Source of the DNA: Candidatus Bathyarchaeota archaeon
Lineage (GTDB): Archaea; Thermoproteota; Bathyarchaeia; Bathyarchaeales; Bathycorpusculaceae
Assembly: GCA_963815095.1 (NCBI GenBank)
Contig: CAWFFH010000003.1
Coordinates: forward strand, 64,001-128,000
Length of the DNA stretch: 64,000 nt
Reading direction: 5' to 3'
Both the position numbers and the translations under genes were made by a program. Below the pieces are notes generated by a model. The model saw nothing but the letters and a program-made list of their open reading frames with translations. It ran no database searches and had not been told where the DNA came from. Numbering within the stretch: position 1 is the stretch's first letter; each line of letters begins with the position of its first letter. Shown piece after piece: positions 1 through 10,565 of the stretch.

Positions 1-65
1 GGCAACCCCAACTACAACGGTACAACCACAATACGTCTGGATTGGTTGATCTGGACTAAATCAAT

Positions 66-381
66 TGAAAGAAGAACGACAGTTGCTGAAATTAGTTTGT
101 TATTCTTCTAACTAATTAAGAGAAGAAGAAGATTGGAAATTTTGCTCTTCTTCTACTCGCTCAATGGCTGCTTCCACTGATAGGCAGAACAACAACTGAT
201 GGTAGTGCAGTGTTGTTGTTCTTCCATTCAAGTTGAAAGAAGAAAAAATCATTCAAAAAATTGTCAATTTTTTCTTCTTCTAATCGATAATTGTCGTCGA
301 AACAAAAACTGAGGCAACAGAGTTTATCTGAAAGAAGAAGGACAACACTTCCTGTAGGAACAGCGTCCTTCTTCTTCTAAC
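66..381. repeat. Cluster of five related inverted repeats (hairpins) with AGAAGAA...TTCTTCT-type arms
   Basis: Arm pairs: 70-76/103-109; 124-132/146-154; 186-196/212-222 (11 bp perfect); 237-249/267-279 (13 bp perfect); 332-343/365-376 (12 bp perfect). Three units begin TGAAAGAAGAA and end TTCTTCTAA. Confidence 0.75.
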
Positions 382-410
382 AAAAAAGAAAGGAAATGAA
401 TGCAGGATTT

Positions 411-1346
411 CTAAAGTCTGCGGGGTTTCTGGAATGGTTGACTTTTTGGTTGGTCAGGGTTCGGTTTGGTTTCTGCTGTTAAGAGTTGTTTTAGTCGTAA
501 GGATAGTACGTCGCGGTCATTGGGCTGCTGTTGAGTCCATTGTTCACGATATTCTCGGAATTCTTGTCCCGTGATTTTACCTTTTGTTTGCAGCTCGCTG
601 AGTAACTTTACGAAAGCTCTTAGTTCCAGCTGTTCATTGGTTACTATGTTTATGGTTTTTCCTTCTCCTGAGGGGTTAGTTGTGGGTTTTTCGCTGTCTG
701 GCGGGGGATAAGTGTTAAACAAGAAAACCGCAAAGTACAAAGCATCCCAGCCGCGGGTCAATGATAAACTGTTTTTAGCGTTTAGCAATTCAGCATTGTA
801 GTTTTCGTATTCTTGTCCGAGCGAAGAATACTTCGTTTGCCCGCTTGGCACATCAACAACCCGGTTAACGAAATGACGCAAATGTTGATTATTAAAAATA
901 GGCAGTACTTTGCCACCTTCGTAGTTGAAGCAAAATATGATTTCTTTAGCAAGCTGTTTGTCTTGACCTAACCCGCCAATTCTTTCCCATGGGGCGTCGA
1001 TTTTTTGGGCGAGGGACTTTCGGCTATCCACTGCCGCGCGGAGCAGGTTTTTGAATTCTCCGATTTGTAGGCGGGCGTTGCGGTAAACGTTGGAGCTGTT
1101 TAGGGTTGAGCGGCCAAGGGGTTTGAGGGAGCTTTCTAGGAGGCGGAAGAATTCGCCGACTTCATCAGGGTTTATCTTGAAGAGTTTGTCGGCATCCAAG
1201 TATTCTATTGACCGGAGATTTTCGGTGAAAGGATACTTTTGCCTGAACTCTTTGAGTAATGCAAGCGCTCTATCGACTTCTGTGCGGGTTACTTTGACTT
1301 TGTCGTATGCGGTTGCTTTTTCAAGCATAGTGTTGCTTCGTGACAT
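411..1346 (-). CDS. Hypothetical protein; central region resembles N-terminal domains of McrB/HNH-type restriction proteins, with a C-terminal SHOCT-like helix pair
   Basis: 311-aa ORF; LPIFNNQHLRHF...WDALYFAVFLF segment; C-terminal LLSELQTKGKITGQEFREYR. Confidence 0.55.
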   Translation of the reverse strand: MSRSNTMLEKATAYDKVKVTRTEVDRALALLKEFRQKYPFTENLRSIEYLDADKLFKINPDEVGEFFRLLESSLKPLGRSTLNSSNVYRNARLQIGEFKNLLRAAVDSRKSLAQKIDAPWERIGGLGQDKQLAKEIIFCFNYEGGKVLPIFNNQHLRHFVNRVVDVPSGQTKYSSLGQEYENYNAELLNAKNSLSLTRGWDALYFAVFLFNTYPPPDSEKPTTNPSGEGKTINIVTNEQLELRAFVKLLSELQTKGKITGQEFREYREQWTQQQPNDRDVLSLRLKQLLTAETKPNPDQPKSQPFQKPRRL

Positions 1347-1468
1347 TTTCTATCAACCAGAGGTTAAGATACAATAGAAATGCAGGGATAACGGTTAAAC
1401 TTTACCGCGTCAGAACCGACTGAAAAAAGATATTAGTCTTTGCGATTGTTGATTTCACGGTTAACGGC

Positions 1469-1879
1469 ATGAAAAAGCAAGTGTTCATTTCAGGTCCCAT
1501 CATTGGCATGGAGAAAGAGCAGGATTATCGCAAAACCATAACTGACATCTGCACCAATGCGGGTTTTGATGTGATTGACCCTTGGAAAAGGGAACGCGTC
1601 ATCTACAACGGAACTGAGGAGTGCTGGTGGGATAAGGTGCCAGTCTTTGATTTTGTCCAAAGAGACCTCGATGACGCCGATCGATGCGACATCATGGTCG
1701 TTTACTTGCCCATACTTTCAGCTGGCGCCTGCATGGAAATGTTCTACGCCAAACGCAAAGGCAAAAAAGTAATAGTTGTATCGGAAGTAAAGTGTCTGAG
1801 CCCATGGATAGTTTTCCACTCAGATGCAATAATAAAAAGCTTCAGCCAACTTGAGGAAGCGCTAAAAGTGTTCATTTAG
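1469..1879 (+). CDS. Nucleoside 2-deoxyribosyltransferase-like protein
   Basis: VFISGPI, RDLDDADRCD, SAGACMEMFYA motifs. Confidence 0.8.
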   Translation: MKKQVFISGPIIGMEKEQDYRKTITDICTNAGFDVIDPWKRERVIYNGTEECWWDKVPVFDFVQRDLDDADRCDIMVVYLPILSAGACMEMFYAKRKGKKVIVVSEVKCLSPWIVFHSDAIIKSFSQLEEALKVFI

Positions 1880-3485
1880 GCTTGGGATGTTTGAATTCTT
1901 CTCGGATTGACATCTGACGTCGCTTTCGGTTGTATCCCAGCGAAAAATCGTGGGCGGCATCGCGGATTTTTCGGAGGAGAAGCATCATGCGGTTGTTTTT
2001 GTCAAAGGTTCTAGGTGCAGATTCATCCGGCAGATAGATTTCTTCATGCTCTTTAGCTAAGCCAATTAGAGGAAGCTGTAACCCCAATGTTTGCAAAGCA
2101 TGTTTTGCAGCATTAACTTGTCCTGGTCCACCGTCAATGACTACGAGGTCGGGCAATTGGTTTTTCTCTTCGATTTGGCGCGTGTATCTTCTGGCAACGA
2201 CCTCATTGACAGAAGCAAAATCGTCTTGTCCTCTGAAAGTTTTGATTTTGAATTTGCGGTAGTTTTTCTTGTCGGGTTTTGCGTCCTTGAAACTGACCAT
2301 ACCTGAGACAACGTGTTCGGTACCCAAGTTTGATATGTCAAAGCACTCGATGATGTGAGGCAGCACTGGGAGGTTAAGGTTATTTTGCAAATCAACCAGT
2401 GCATTGTCAACTTCTAAGCCTGATTCCAGGTTTTTCTCAGCCAATTGAACGAGCCCCAACTTATTGGCGCGCCTGGGAATCGTCAATGAAACCGGCGCAG
2501 CCCTCTTTGTTGAGAGAAACTCTTCTAAAGCCTTTTTCTCTTCAAAGCCTTGCCAGCAGGGCTTGTTTAGCAAGATTTCCCGAGGAATCGGGTTTGTTGT
2601 GTAATAGGCCTTTAAGAATTCCTGTTCAATTTGGGGCTGCAAGTCCACTCTGAATTCTTTCTTGCCCAAAAGTACGCCTTTTCTCATGCCCATCTGAACC
2701 GCTAGCATCTTCTCGCCGACCTGCCGAAACACCAGCACATCTTGGTCAAAGCGACGCTCTTTATCGACGATTTGGTGCTCTGTTACGAGTCGTATTGATT
2801 GGATTTGGTTGCGGAGTTCAAGCGCATTCTCATACTGTAGTGCTTCAGAGGCGCTTTGCATTTGGGTTTTAAGTTGCTCAATGGTTTGTTGGTAGTTTCC
2901 GTTTAGGAAGCTGCGTGCATGTCGTACTTGGTCGGCGTATTGTTCGGGTGTGGCTTTGCCGATGCAAGGGGCAGTGCAGAGGTGGATGTGGTAGTTTAGG
3001 CAAGCACGTTTGGGCATTGTTTTGCAGGTGCGCAGTTTAAACACCCTTACGACCAAACGTTGAAGGTCTTGGCGTGTGAAGCCATCTGTGTAGGGACCAA
3101 ACGATTCCAGTTTCCGCGAAACCTTTCGGCTAGTTAGAATCCTCGGAAAAGCTTCCCTTGTAAATGAGATGTAAGCGAAGGTTTTGGCGTCTTTGAGGTT
3201 AACGTTGTACTTGGGAGTGTGCTGTTTGATAAGTTTGTTCTCTAAAAGCAACGCTTCAACTTCGGTGTTGACGATAACCCAGTCTATTTGGCGAATATGT
3301 AGCACTAACTGCCGCGTCTTAGCTGGATGATCCTTGCTGGAAAAGTAGCTTTTGACCCTTGAGCGGAGGCTTTTGGCTTTGCCCACATAAATGATTTCGC
3401 TTTGCTCGTCGCGGTAGAGGTAGACGCCAGGGTCAGTTGGGATATCGCTACTTTTGAAGTCTGAGGGCGAAGCTATTTGAATCAT
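1872..3485 (-). CDS. uvrC: Excinuclease ABC subunit C
   Basis: GIY-YIG (PGVYLY...YVGKAKSLRSRV), UVR domain, RNase H-like FDIS and IDGG motifs; appears to lack the C-terminal HhH2; overlaps uvrA stop. Confidence 0.97.
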   Translation of the reverse strand: MIQIASPSDFKSSDIPTDPGVYLYRDEQSEIIYVGKAKSLRSRVKSYFSSKDHPAKTRQLVLHIRQIDWVIVNTEVEALLLENKLIKQHTPKYNVNLKDAKTFAYISFTREAFPRILTSRKVSRKLESFGPYTDGFTRQDLQRLVVRVFKLRTCKTMPKRACLNYHIHLCTAPCIGKATPEQYADQVRHARSFLNGNYQQTIEQLKTQMQSASEALQYENALELRNQIQSIRLVTEHQIVDKERRFDQDVLVFRQVGEKMLAVQMGMRKGVLLGKKEFRVDLQPQIEQEFLKAYYTTNPIPREILLNKPCWQGFEEKKALEEFLSTKRAAPVSLTIPRRANKLGLVQLAEKNLESGLEVDNALVDLQNNLNLPVLPHIIECFDISNLGTEHVVSGMVSFKDAKPDKKNYRKFKIKTFRGQDDFASVNEVVARRYTRQIEEKNQLPDLVVIDGGPGQVNAAKHALQTLGLQLPLIGLAKEHEEIYLPDESAPRTFDKNNRMMLLLRKIRDAAHDFSLGYNRKRRQMSIREEFKHPKPK

Positions 3486-6385
3486 GCAGACTGTTTCACG
3501 GCTAAAACATGTTCTTCAGGCTTAGGGTTAAGTATTTTTTGTAAAAACAGTCCTGTGTAAGAGTTGCTGTTTTTTGAGACTTCTTCAGGTGTGCCCTTTG
3601 CAAGCAGTTCGCCGCCTGCAGCGCCACCTTCGGGACCCAAATCAATGAGGTAATCGCAGCTTTTAATGACGTCGAGGTTGTGTTCGATGATGTAAACGGT
3701 GTTGCCGTTGTCTACTAGTCGATTAAGGACTTTTATGAGGCGTTTAGTATCGTCGAAATGCAGTCCTGTGGTTGGTTCGTCAAGCATGTAAACGGTGTGT
3801 CCTGTTTTGTGTTTGCTGAGTTCGCGGGTAATTTTGATGCGTTGGCTCTCTCCGCCTGACAATGTGGTTGAGCTCTGCCCCATCTTGATGTATCCAAGTC
3901 CCACATCCAGCAGCGTTTCGAGTTTGCGGGAAACACGCGGCGTATTCTCAAAGAACTTGGCTGCTTCCTCAACCGTCATATCCAACACTTCAGCGATGTT
4001 CTTGCCCTTGTAGACTACGCTCAAAGTTTCTTTGTTGTAGCGTTTGCCTTTGCATTCGCTGCACTGAACGTAAACATCAGGAAGGAAGTTCATTTCGATT
4101 CGCAGTACACCGTCACCCTGGCATGTTTCACATCTGCCGCCTTTCACGTTGAAGCTGAATCGGCCTTCTTTGTAGCCGCGTGATTTGGCTTCTTTGGTTG
4201 AAGCGAAAATCCGCCTGATTTCGTCAAAGAGTTTGGTGTAGGTTGCGGGGTTACTTCTTGGGGTTCTCCCGATAGGGTCTTGGTCGATGACTATAACGTT
4301 GCGCACCACGCTTGGGACATCAAGCGATTCATGCTTTCCTATTTTATCCACTTGCTCACCAAACATTTTCCTCAATTCAGGAATAACCGTCAAATTCATC
4401 AATGTACTCTTGCCCGAGCCAGAAACGCCTGTGACACCGCATAACACGCCTAGCGGCAACTGTAAGCTGAGGTTTTTGAGGTTGTTTTCTTTGGCGCCCT
4501 TAACAGTCATGAAGCCGACGGGTTGTCGCCTTGTTTCTGAAACATCGATTTTGAGTTCGCCTGATAGGTATTTGCCTGTGAGGCTTCGGGGGTTTTTCAT
4601 TACTTCTTGCGGAGAGCCTTCTGCAACGATGTGTCCGCCGTGGATGCCTGCGCCAGGTCCCATGTCAACGATGTAGTCGGCGTGGCGCATGGTTTCTTCG
4701 TCGTGTTCAACCACGATTAATGTGTTGCCTAAATCTCGAAGGCGCTGTAAGGTAGCGATTAGTTTGGCGTTGTCCCTCTGATGCAAGCCTATGCTGGGTT
4801 CATCAAGGATATATAGGACGCCCATGAGGTTGCTGCCGATTTGAGTGGCTAAGCGGATACGCTGTGCTTCTCCTCCTGATAGCGTCTTGGCAGCGCGAGA
4901 CAACGAAAGATAACCTAAACCAACGTTCTTAAGAAAACCCAATCGTTCGTTAACTTCTTTTAGCACCTGTTTGGCAATAAAAAGTTCCTTTTCGTTCAAC
5001 TTGGGCGGCAAGTCATGGAAGAAATCCACAGATTCATCGATGGAAAGGTCTGTCACATCAATTATGCTTTTGTCAAGAATTTTCACAGCAAGCACGACGG
5101 GTTGAAGTTTTTTGCCCTTACATGTGGCACAAGGACGAGAAGTCATGTATTTTTCGATGTCTTCTTTGCGCCAATCACTTTCTGTTTGCCGATACAACCG
5201 CATGGTCTGGGGGATTACGCCTTCCCAACCGTCACGCATCCACATGCTGGCGCCGTTTGACCAGTTGCCATTGATTGGTTCTTTATCTCCGTATAGAAGA
5301 ACCTGAAGTTGCTGTTCAGTAAAGTCTTTGATTGGCGTAAAGACGTCAAAGCCGTATTTTTTGCCTACCGTGGCTATTTGTTGTGCTCGCCAACTAAGCT
5401 CCATTGTGCCCTTGTAAACTGCTAAGGCGCCGTCCATGATGGAGAGGCTTGTGTCGGGGATCACTTTGTCTGCGGTTACCTCAGTGATCTCTCCTAGGCC
5501 GTGGCATGTTGGGCATGCGCCAAACGGAGAGTTAAAGCTGAACATCCGCGGCTCGAGGCTTTCAAAGACGATTTCAGGGTGGTTTGGACATGCGCCAAAC
5601 GTGCTGTACATTGTTTCGTCTGCGAATCGTTCAAGCTCCTTTTTCTTTTCGCCTTCAGCTTTTTTAGCGTCGATTATTATCATTGTTCCTTTGCCGACTT
5701 GAAGCGCCTGCTCAACAGCTTCTGAGATGCGTGAGCGCTCTGCATCCTCTATTGTTACGGTATCGATGACTGCTTCAATCCAGTGTTTCTCGTACCGAAC
5801 TAGCTTAACTTCTTCTTTGATGGAGTCGGACTCGTAGATTTTTTGGTCGGCGCGGATTTTGGTGTAGCCTTGTTTTTTGAGGTCTTCGAAGACTTGTTCG
5901 TGTGTGCCTTTTATGCCGCGGATTACGGGCGATAGGAAAGTGAGGGTTTTTGTTTTTTCAGCCATAACGAGGCTGGTGATGTTTTCGGCGCTCTGCGGGT
6001 GGATGCTGCTGCCGCATTTGGGGCAGTGGTGAACGCCTATTCTTGCGAACAATAGCCTGAGGTAATCGTAGATTTCAGTTACTGTTCCGACTGTTGACCG
6101 GGGGTTCTTGCTTGTGCTTTTCTGCTCAATCGAGATTGCTGGCGATAGTCCTTCGATGGAGTCTACATCGGGTTTATCCATGAGTCCCAGAAATTGCCGC
6201 GCATAAGCGCTTAAGCTCTCTACATAGCGCCTTTGTCCTTCCGCGTAAATCGTGTCGAAAGCCAACGTGGATTTTCCTGAGCCTGAAAGCCCAGTTATAA
6301 CTATGAACTTGTTTCGGGGCAACTCTAAATCGATGTTCTTTAGGTTGTGTTCCCGTGCACCTTTAACGGAAATGTTATCTCTCAT
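3482..6385 (-). CDS. uvrA: Excinuclease ABC subunit A
   Basis: [10 protein letters not shown], two ABC cassettes ([21 protein letters not shown]), Zn fingers. Confidence 0.99.
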   Translation of the reverse strand: MRDNISVKGAREHNLKNIDLELPRNKFIVITGLSGSGKSTLAFDTIYAEGQRRYVESLSAYARQFLGLMDKPDVDSIEGLSPAISIEQKSTSKNPRSTVGTVTEIYDYLRLLFARIGVHHCPKCGSSIHPQSAENITSLVMAEKTKTLTFLSPVIRGIKGTHEQVFEDLKKQGYTKIRADQKIYESDSIKEEVKLVRYEKHWIEAVIDTVTIEDAERSRISEAVEQALQVGKGTMIIIDAKKAEGEKKKELERFADETMYSTFGACPNHPEIVFESLEPRMFSFNSPFGACPTCHGLGEITEVTADKVIPDTSLSIMDGALAVYKGTMELSWRAQQIATVGKKYGFDVFTPIKDFTEQQLQVLLYGDKEPINGNWSNGASMWMRDGWEGVIPQTMRLYRQTESDWRKEDIEKYMTSRPCATCKGKKLQPVVLAVKILDKSIIDVTDLSIDESVDFFHDLPPKLNEKELFIAKQVLKEVNERLGFLKNVGLGYLSLSRAAKTLSGGEAQRIRLATQIGSNLMGVLYILDEPSIGLHQRDNAKLIATLQRLRDLGNTLIVVEHDEETMRHADYIVDMGPGAGIHGGHIVAEGSPQEVMKNPRSLTGKYLSGELKIDVSETRRQPVGFMTVKGAKENNLKNLSLQLPLGVLCGVTGVSGSGKSTLMNLTVIPELRKMFGEQVDKIGKHESLDVPSVVRNVIVIDQDPIGRTPRSNPATYTKLFDEIRRIFASTKEAKSRGYKEGRFSFNVKGGRCETCQGDGVLRIEMNFLPDVYVQCSECKGKRYNKETLSVVYKGKNIAEVLDMTVEEAAKFFENTPRVSRKLETLLDVGLGYIKMGQSSTTLSGGESQRIKITRELSKHKTGHTVYMLDEPTTGLHFDDTKRLIKVLNRLVDNGNTVYIIEHNLDVIKSCDYLIDLGPEGGAAGGELLAKGTPEEVSKNSNSYTGLFLQKILNPKPEEHVLAVKQSA

Positions 6386-6458
6386 AACTTAAACCAAATT
6401 CCTTCTAATTATTTTGTAGTGTTTGACTGGGGGATTAGAACCTTTTTGCGTTAAATCC

Positions 6459-8417
6459 TTAATTTTCGGGCTGCACTATGTCATTTTCTAGTTTCCGAGA
6501 CAGCGCTTTGTTGAGCTCAGCAATTGCATCCCTCAATTCGATGGCGCGTTCAAAGTCCAATTTCTCCGCTGCTTCCCGCATCTCCGCATCCAACTCTATC
6601 ATCTGGCGTTTTATGTCAGATTTGGGCAGGTGCTTGGTGCCTCTGATTATGCCTTCCTTCTTGGAGACACTTTTAACGATGGTTTTAGGGGTGATGCCGT
6701 GTTCCTGATTGAAGCGTTTCTGGAAGCTGCGGCGGTACCAAGTGGTTTCCACGGCGCGCTTAATCGATTGGGTTTCTATGTCGGCGTAAAGGATTACTTT
6801 GCCGTTGACGTTTCTTGAGGCACGCCCGATGGTCTGGATAAGGCTTCGTTCGTCTCGCAGGAACCCTTCTTTATCAGCGTCCAAGATGAATATGGTTGCG
6901 ACTTCGGGGAGGTCTAATCCTTCGCGGAGCAGGTTGATTCCGACGAGAACGTCGAAGTCGCCTATACGCAGCTGCCGTATGAGTTCGATGCGATCGAGGC
7001 TTTCGATTTCCGAGTGCATGTACCTGACGCGAAAGCCTTCTTTAGACAAGTAGTCGGCGAGATCTTCAGCCATTCTTTTCGTCAAAGTGGTAACCAACAC
7101 CCGATCGCCCCGCGTTATAGTTTTCCTAGCTTCTACCATCAAATCCTGCATCTGCCCTTCGATTGGACGCATCTCCACCTCAGGATCCAAAAGCCCCGTG
7201 GGACGGGTGATCAATTCGACTGGTGGACCGCTCTTTTCCAACTCGTATTCGGCTGGGGTTGCAGAGACAAAAAGAACCTTGCCCATTTTCTTCTCGAACT
7301 CATCAAACTTGAGCGGACGGTTGTCGAGTGCACTTGGAAGCCTGAATCCAAAGTCAACTAGGTTCTTTTTGCGCGCAAAGTCGCCATTGTACATAGCACG
7401 AGACTGGGGAATAGTTTGATGGCTTTCATCGATGATTAACAGGTAGTCTTTTGGGAAATAATCCATCAGAGTGAAGGGCGGCTCGCCAGGTTTGCGCCCG
7501 TCGAAGTGGCGACTGTAGTTTTCCATTCCTGCACAGAAACCCACCTCCTTAATCATTTCTAAATCGTAGTTCGTGCGTTGTTTTAGCCTTTGAGCTTCAA
7601 GCGGAGGCAAATTGGGTAACTGTGCTTCCAGCTCTTTTTTAATAAGCTCAAGGGCTAAGGCATGCTTCTCTTCAGGCACCACATATTGGCGAGCTGGATA
7701 AAGTGTAAATCTGTCGAGCGCCGTTTTTACGTCACCGTTTAGCAGATTTACTTCTTTTATTTTCTTAATTGTGTTTCCTTCGAGTTCGACGCGTAAAATT
7801 TCGTTCTCATACGAGGGAACGACGTCCACCGTGTCTCCCCGGACACGAAACCTTCCAGCCTCAAGAACCATATCGTTACGTTCATACTGCATGTCCACGA
7901 GTTCACGGATAAGCTGTTGCCTCGAAATTTGCTTCCCAACCTCAAGTTCAGCAGCCATGGTCTTGAAATCATCAGGGTTGCCTAAGCTGTAGATGCAGCT
8001 TATGCTAGCGACGATTATGGTATCATTTCGGCTAACGATGCTAGAAACTGCGTGCATACGCATCTTCTCTATCTGCTCATTTACCGTGGAGTCTTTTTCA
8101 ATATACATGTCTTGAGCAGGCAAATACGATTCAGGCTGGTAATAATCATAAAAACTAATGAAGTATTCCACTCGGTTATGAGGAAAAAGCTCCTTTAACT
8201 CCGCATACAGCTGAGCTGCCAGGGTCTTGTTATGAGCGATGAGGAGGGTTGGTTTTTGGAGTTTGTTAATTACATTTGCCATAACAAACGTTTTGCCACT
8301 GCCCGTAATTCCCAAAAGCGTTTGTTTGGGTTTTGTGGAGAAGTTTTTCACTAACTGCTCGACCGCGGTTTGCTGTCCAGGCGAGATTTGAAACGGTGCG
8401 ATAAGTTCGAATTGCAC
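6459..8417 (-). CDS. uvrB: Excinuclease ABC subunit B
   Basis: GITGSGKT, YDYYQPE, DESH, NLLREGLD, C-terminal UVR domain; start likely GTG at 8417. Confidence 0.98.
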   Translation of the reverse strand: MQFELIAPFQISPGQQTAVEQLVKNFSTKPKQTLLGITGSGKTFVMANVINKLQKPTLLIAHNKTLAAQLYAELKELFPHNRVEYFISFYDYYQPESYLPAQDMYIEKDSTVNEQIEKMRMHAVSSIVSRNDTIIVASISCIYSLGNPDDFKTMAAELEVGKQISRQQLIRELVDMQYERNDMVLEAGRFRVRGDTVDVVPSYENEILRVELEGNTIKKIKEVNLLNGDVKTALDRFTLYPARQYVVPEEKHALALELIKKELEAQLPNLPPLEAQRLKQRTNYDLEMIKEVGFCAGMENYSRHFDGRKPGEPPFTLMDYFPKDYLLIIDESHQTIPQSRAMYNGDFARKKNLVDFGFRLPSALDNRPLKFDEFEKKMGKVLFVSATPAEYELEKSGPPVELITRPTGLLDPEVEMRPIEGQMQDLMVEARKTITRGDRVLVTTLTKRMAEDLADYLSKEGFRVRYMHSEIESLDRIELIRQLRIGDFDVLVGINLLREGLDLPEVATIFILDADKEGFLRDERSLIQTIGRASRNVNGKVILYADIETQSIKRAVETTWYRRSFQKRFNQEHGITPKTIVKSVSKKEGIIRGTKHLPKSDIKRQMIELDAEMREAAEKLDFERAIELRDAIAELNKALSRKLENDIVQPEN

Positions 8418-8593
8418 ATTACTTCCCCACAAATGACGAGAAAAGTTCCAATTAAGATTTAAATTAATAAGTATTGTCTAAAAAGATTGTTTTCTTAGCC
8501 AGTTTTTATTAGGGCTGAATATTTAATTTAGTCAGCGATAAAAATATCCGCTTCTATAAATTAGAAAAAGCAGAGCAGATTACTAACCTTTCT

Positions 8594-8887
8594 TTATTCG
8601 ACGGTTAGTTTTCCAAATTTGCCAACGTTAAGCTGAATTTCACTCTTAAAACTCGTAACGTAACCGTTTTCGATTTTTATGTTGTCGCCAACATTGATTT
8701 GGTCAATCTGCTCATTCCAAAGTGTTAGCTTTACGCTGCCAGATTCATCAGCAACTACAGCATCAACTATTCGATAAGTTTCATCTTTGAATCGTGATTT
8801 AACTTCTCGTGGGTCGCCTTTGTCGACAACCTTGGCTTCAACGCTAACCCGCTTCATGCCATCTTGTAAATCTTTAATCGCAACCAT
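8594..8887 (-). CDS. ssb: Single OB-fold ssDNA-binding protein (crenarchaeal-type SSB)
   Basis: DESGSVKLTLWNEQ...IENGY...LNVGKFG; ATG at 8887 with upstream GAGGG. Confidence 0.88.
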   Translation of the reverse strand: MVAIKDLQDGMKRVSVEAKVVDKGDPREVKSRFKDETYRIVDAVVADESGSVKLTLWNEQIDQINVGDNIKIENGYVTSFKSEIQLNVGKFGKLTVE

Positions 8888-9015
8888 CTTAATTCCCTCT
8901 TTTAAACTGTTCACTAACAGTCGGTTTTCAATTGCAAAGGTGACCTGCAATCATATAAATCTTGCTAACTAAAAAAGAAATGAAAAATTGTTGGGTAAAC
9001 GCCAAAAGGCGTTTC

Positions 9016-10383
9016 TTAAACTGATCCGACCAAGAAGATCAAGAGCAGAATCACTATTGCTAAGCTGACTGCAGATATGGCAATGCGTTTAACCATTGAC
9101 AGCTCGGGTTTAAGTGCACCAATAACCATAGCGCCCACCGCACCCAGCCACACGTAGGACACAACGGCCATTCCTGAAACTATAGTTCTGAAAGCAGTAG
9201 TTGCAGCATCAATATTGTGGAAGATAGCCTGTGACATGGCAGGTAATACTCCTAATGCGTCTGGAGGGAAGTACAACGCTGCGAATGGGTCAAAGCGTAC
9301 ACCTAACGATAGGTCGAACGGGTAATAGACGTTTGACAAAGTAAGGCTTGCAGCAAGATTAACTAATGCTCGGACAACCATAATCATCATTGCGAAGCCT
9401 AATGCAGTAAAGAGAGGTTTCCAGAATACTTGACTTTTTAATAGTCTACAGAACAGGTAAATTAATCCAGTAAAGATGAACCAGCCAAAGATGAACTGTA
9501 AGGAGAACAGTTGAAGGAATTGAAGCAAGACTCCAGTGCTATTGTATTGAAGCGGTGAGAGATATTGACCGTGGAAAAATAATGCGCCAATCTGAATTGA
9601 TATGTTGGAGTTTGAGGAGTAAGTGAAGGTGAGTGTAAGTGATGATATATTGCTCCAGGTTGGGTTACCACTACTTGTCCACCCGGTTGCATTGGGACCA
9701 AGAGTTAGGGTCAGATTGTTCCATTGACCGATTAATGACGCGTTTGACATTAAAGGAGTTAAGTCATACTGGAAGTAGTCAGCGTCAGTTAGTGAATACA
9801 ACGTTAAAGCTGCACTTTGTGGTACTGCTTGAGGTTGGTCTTGTTTTAATGTAATCGAGAGGTTCTGGAAAGCACTTGGACTGCAGTCAACAGTTAGGCT
9901 GGAAAGAGGAGTAAGCTTTCGGTTAACCAAACTTTCGTTAAGGCTGTTTAAAGCTGATTTGATATCTAAACCCGCGGCTAAGGAGTTTGTGTTGTTAGCA
10001 GCCATTTCGAGACTGCTGTTTCCAAAGAGCTTATAGTAAGCGTTCGAGTCCGTTGTAGGAAGACCAAAACCAGCGACGTAAACACTATAGTTGAAGAAAT
10101 CGTTAAAGTTGTTGGTTAATGCAACATCGGGGCTACTTCTCCAAACTGCAGTAATATTGTCGCTGCCCGTAAACGTAGCATTGGTAAATGTTCCCAACTG
10201 GTCGATTGATGGATTAGTTTGCTCTGTGTAAGTCTTAGAAAACTGTGAATATTCAAAGCCAACAGACAGGGCTATGAATAAAACTAAAACAAGTACTGCG
10301 CCAAGGTATTTCGGGTTTGCAACAATGTCTTTGAAAACTTTATGCGGCGCATAAATGACTTTTAGTAGGTCATTAAGTATCAA
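9016..10383 (-). CDS. Yip1-like membrane protein with a large inserted extracellular domain
   Basis: N-terminal VIYAPHKVFKDIV plus TM helix; N/S/T-rich insert with many NxS/T sequons; several C-terminal TM helices. Confidence 0.65.
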   Translation of the reverse strand: MILNDLLKVIYAPHKVFKDIVANPKYLGAVLVLVLFIALSVGFEYSQFSKTYTEQTNPSIDQLGTFTNATFTGSDNITAVWRSSPDVALTNNFNDFFNYSVYVAGFGLPTTDSNAYYKLFGNSSLEMAANNTNSLAAGLDIKSALNSLNESLVNRKLTPLSSLTVDCSPSAFQNLSITLKQDQPQAVPQSAALTLYSLTDADYFQYDLTPLMSNASLIGQWNNLTLTLGPNATGWTSSGNPTWSNISSLTLTFTYSSNSNISIQIGALFFHGQYLSPLQYNSTGVLLQFLQLFSLQFIFGWFIFTGLIYLFCRLLKSQVFWKPLFTALGFAMMIMVVRALVNLAASLTLSNVYYPFDLSLGVRFDPFAALYFPPDALGVLPAMSQAIFHNIDAATTAFRTIVSGMAVVSYVWLGAVGAMVIGALKPELSMVKRIAISAVSLAIVILLLIFLVGSV

Positions 10384-10565
10384 TCTTTTCTCTCCCTTTG
10401 CAATGTGAAGTTACTCGGCATTTATTAAGGGTTATTCAGATCTCCAACAAAGCGGACGATAAGCTGCATGATAGCCAGGCCTATAAAAGCTAATTCAATG
10501 ATAACAAGTTTGCGCTGTATAATACAGAAAGGGAAAATAGAATTGAAAAATATTTTGACTTTTGG

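Noticed and set aside
1-111. 3' end of a + strand gene
   Set aside because: All three frames are open for a short stretch, so the true frame cannot be determined.
66-381. CRISPR array or integron attC sites
   Set aside because: There is no constant-length direct repeat and spacer pattern. TTCTAAC sits at the 3' end of the hairpins, fails the RYYYAAC consensus, and there are no cassette ORFs or integrase.
8998-9015. AAACGCC-AAAA-GGCGTTT hairpin
   Set aside because: It lies directly after the stop of the Yip1-like gene and is most simply a 3' end or terminator structure.
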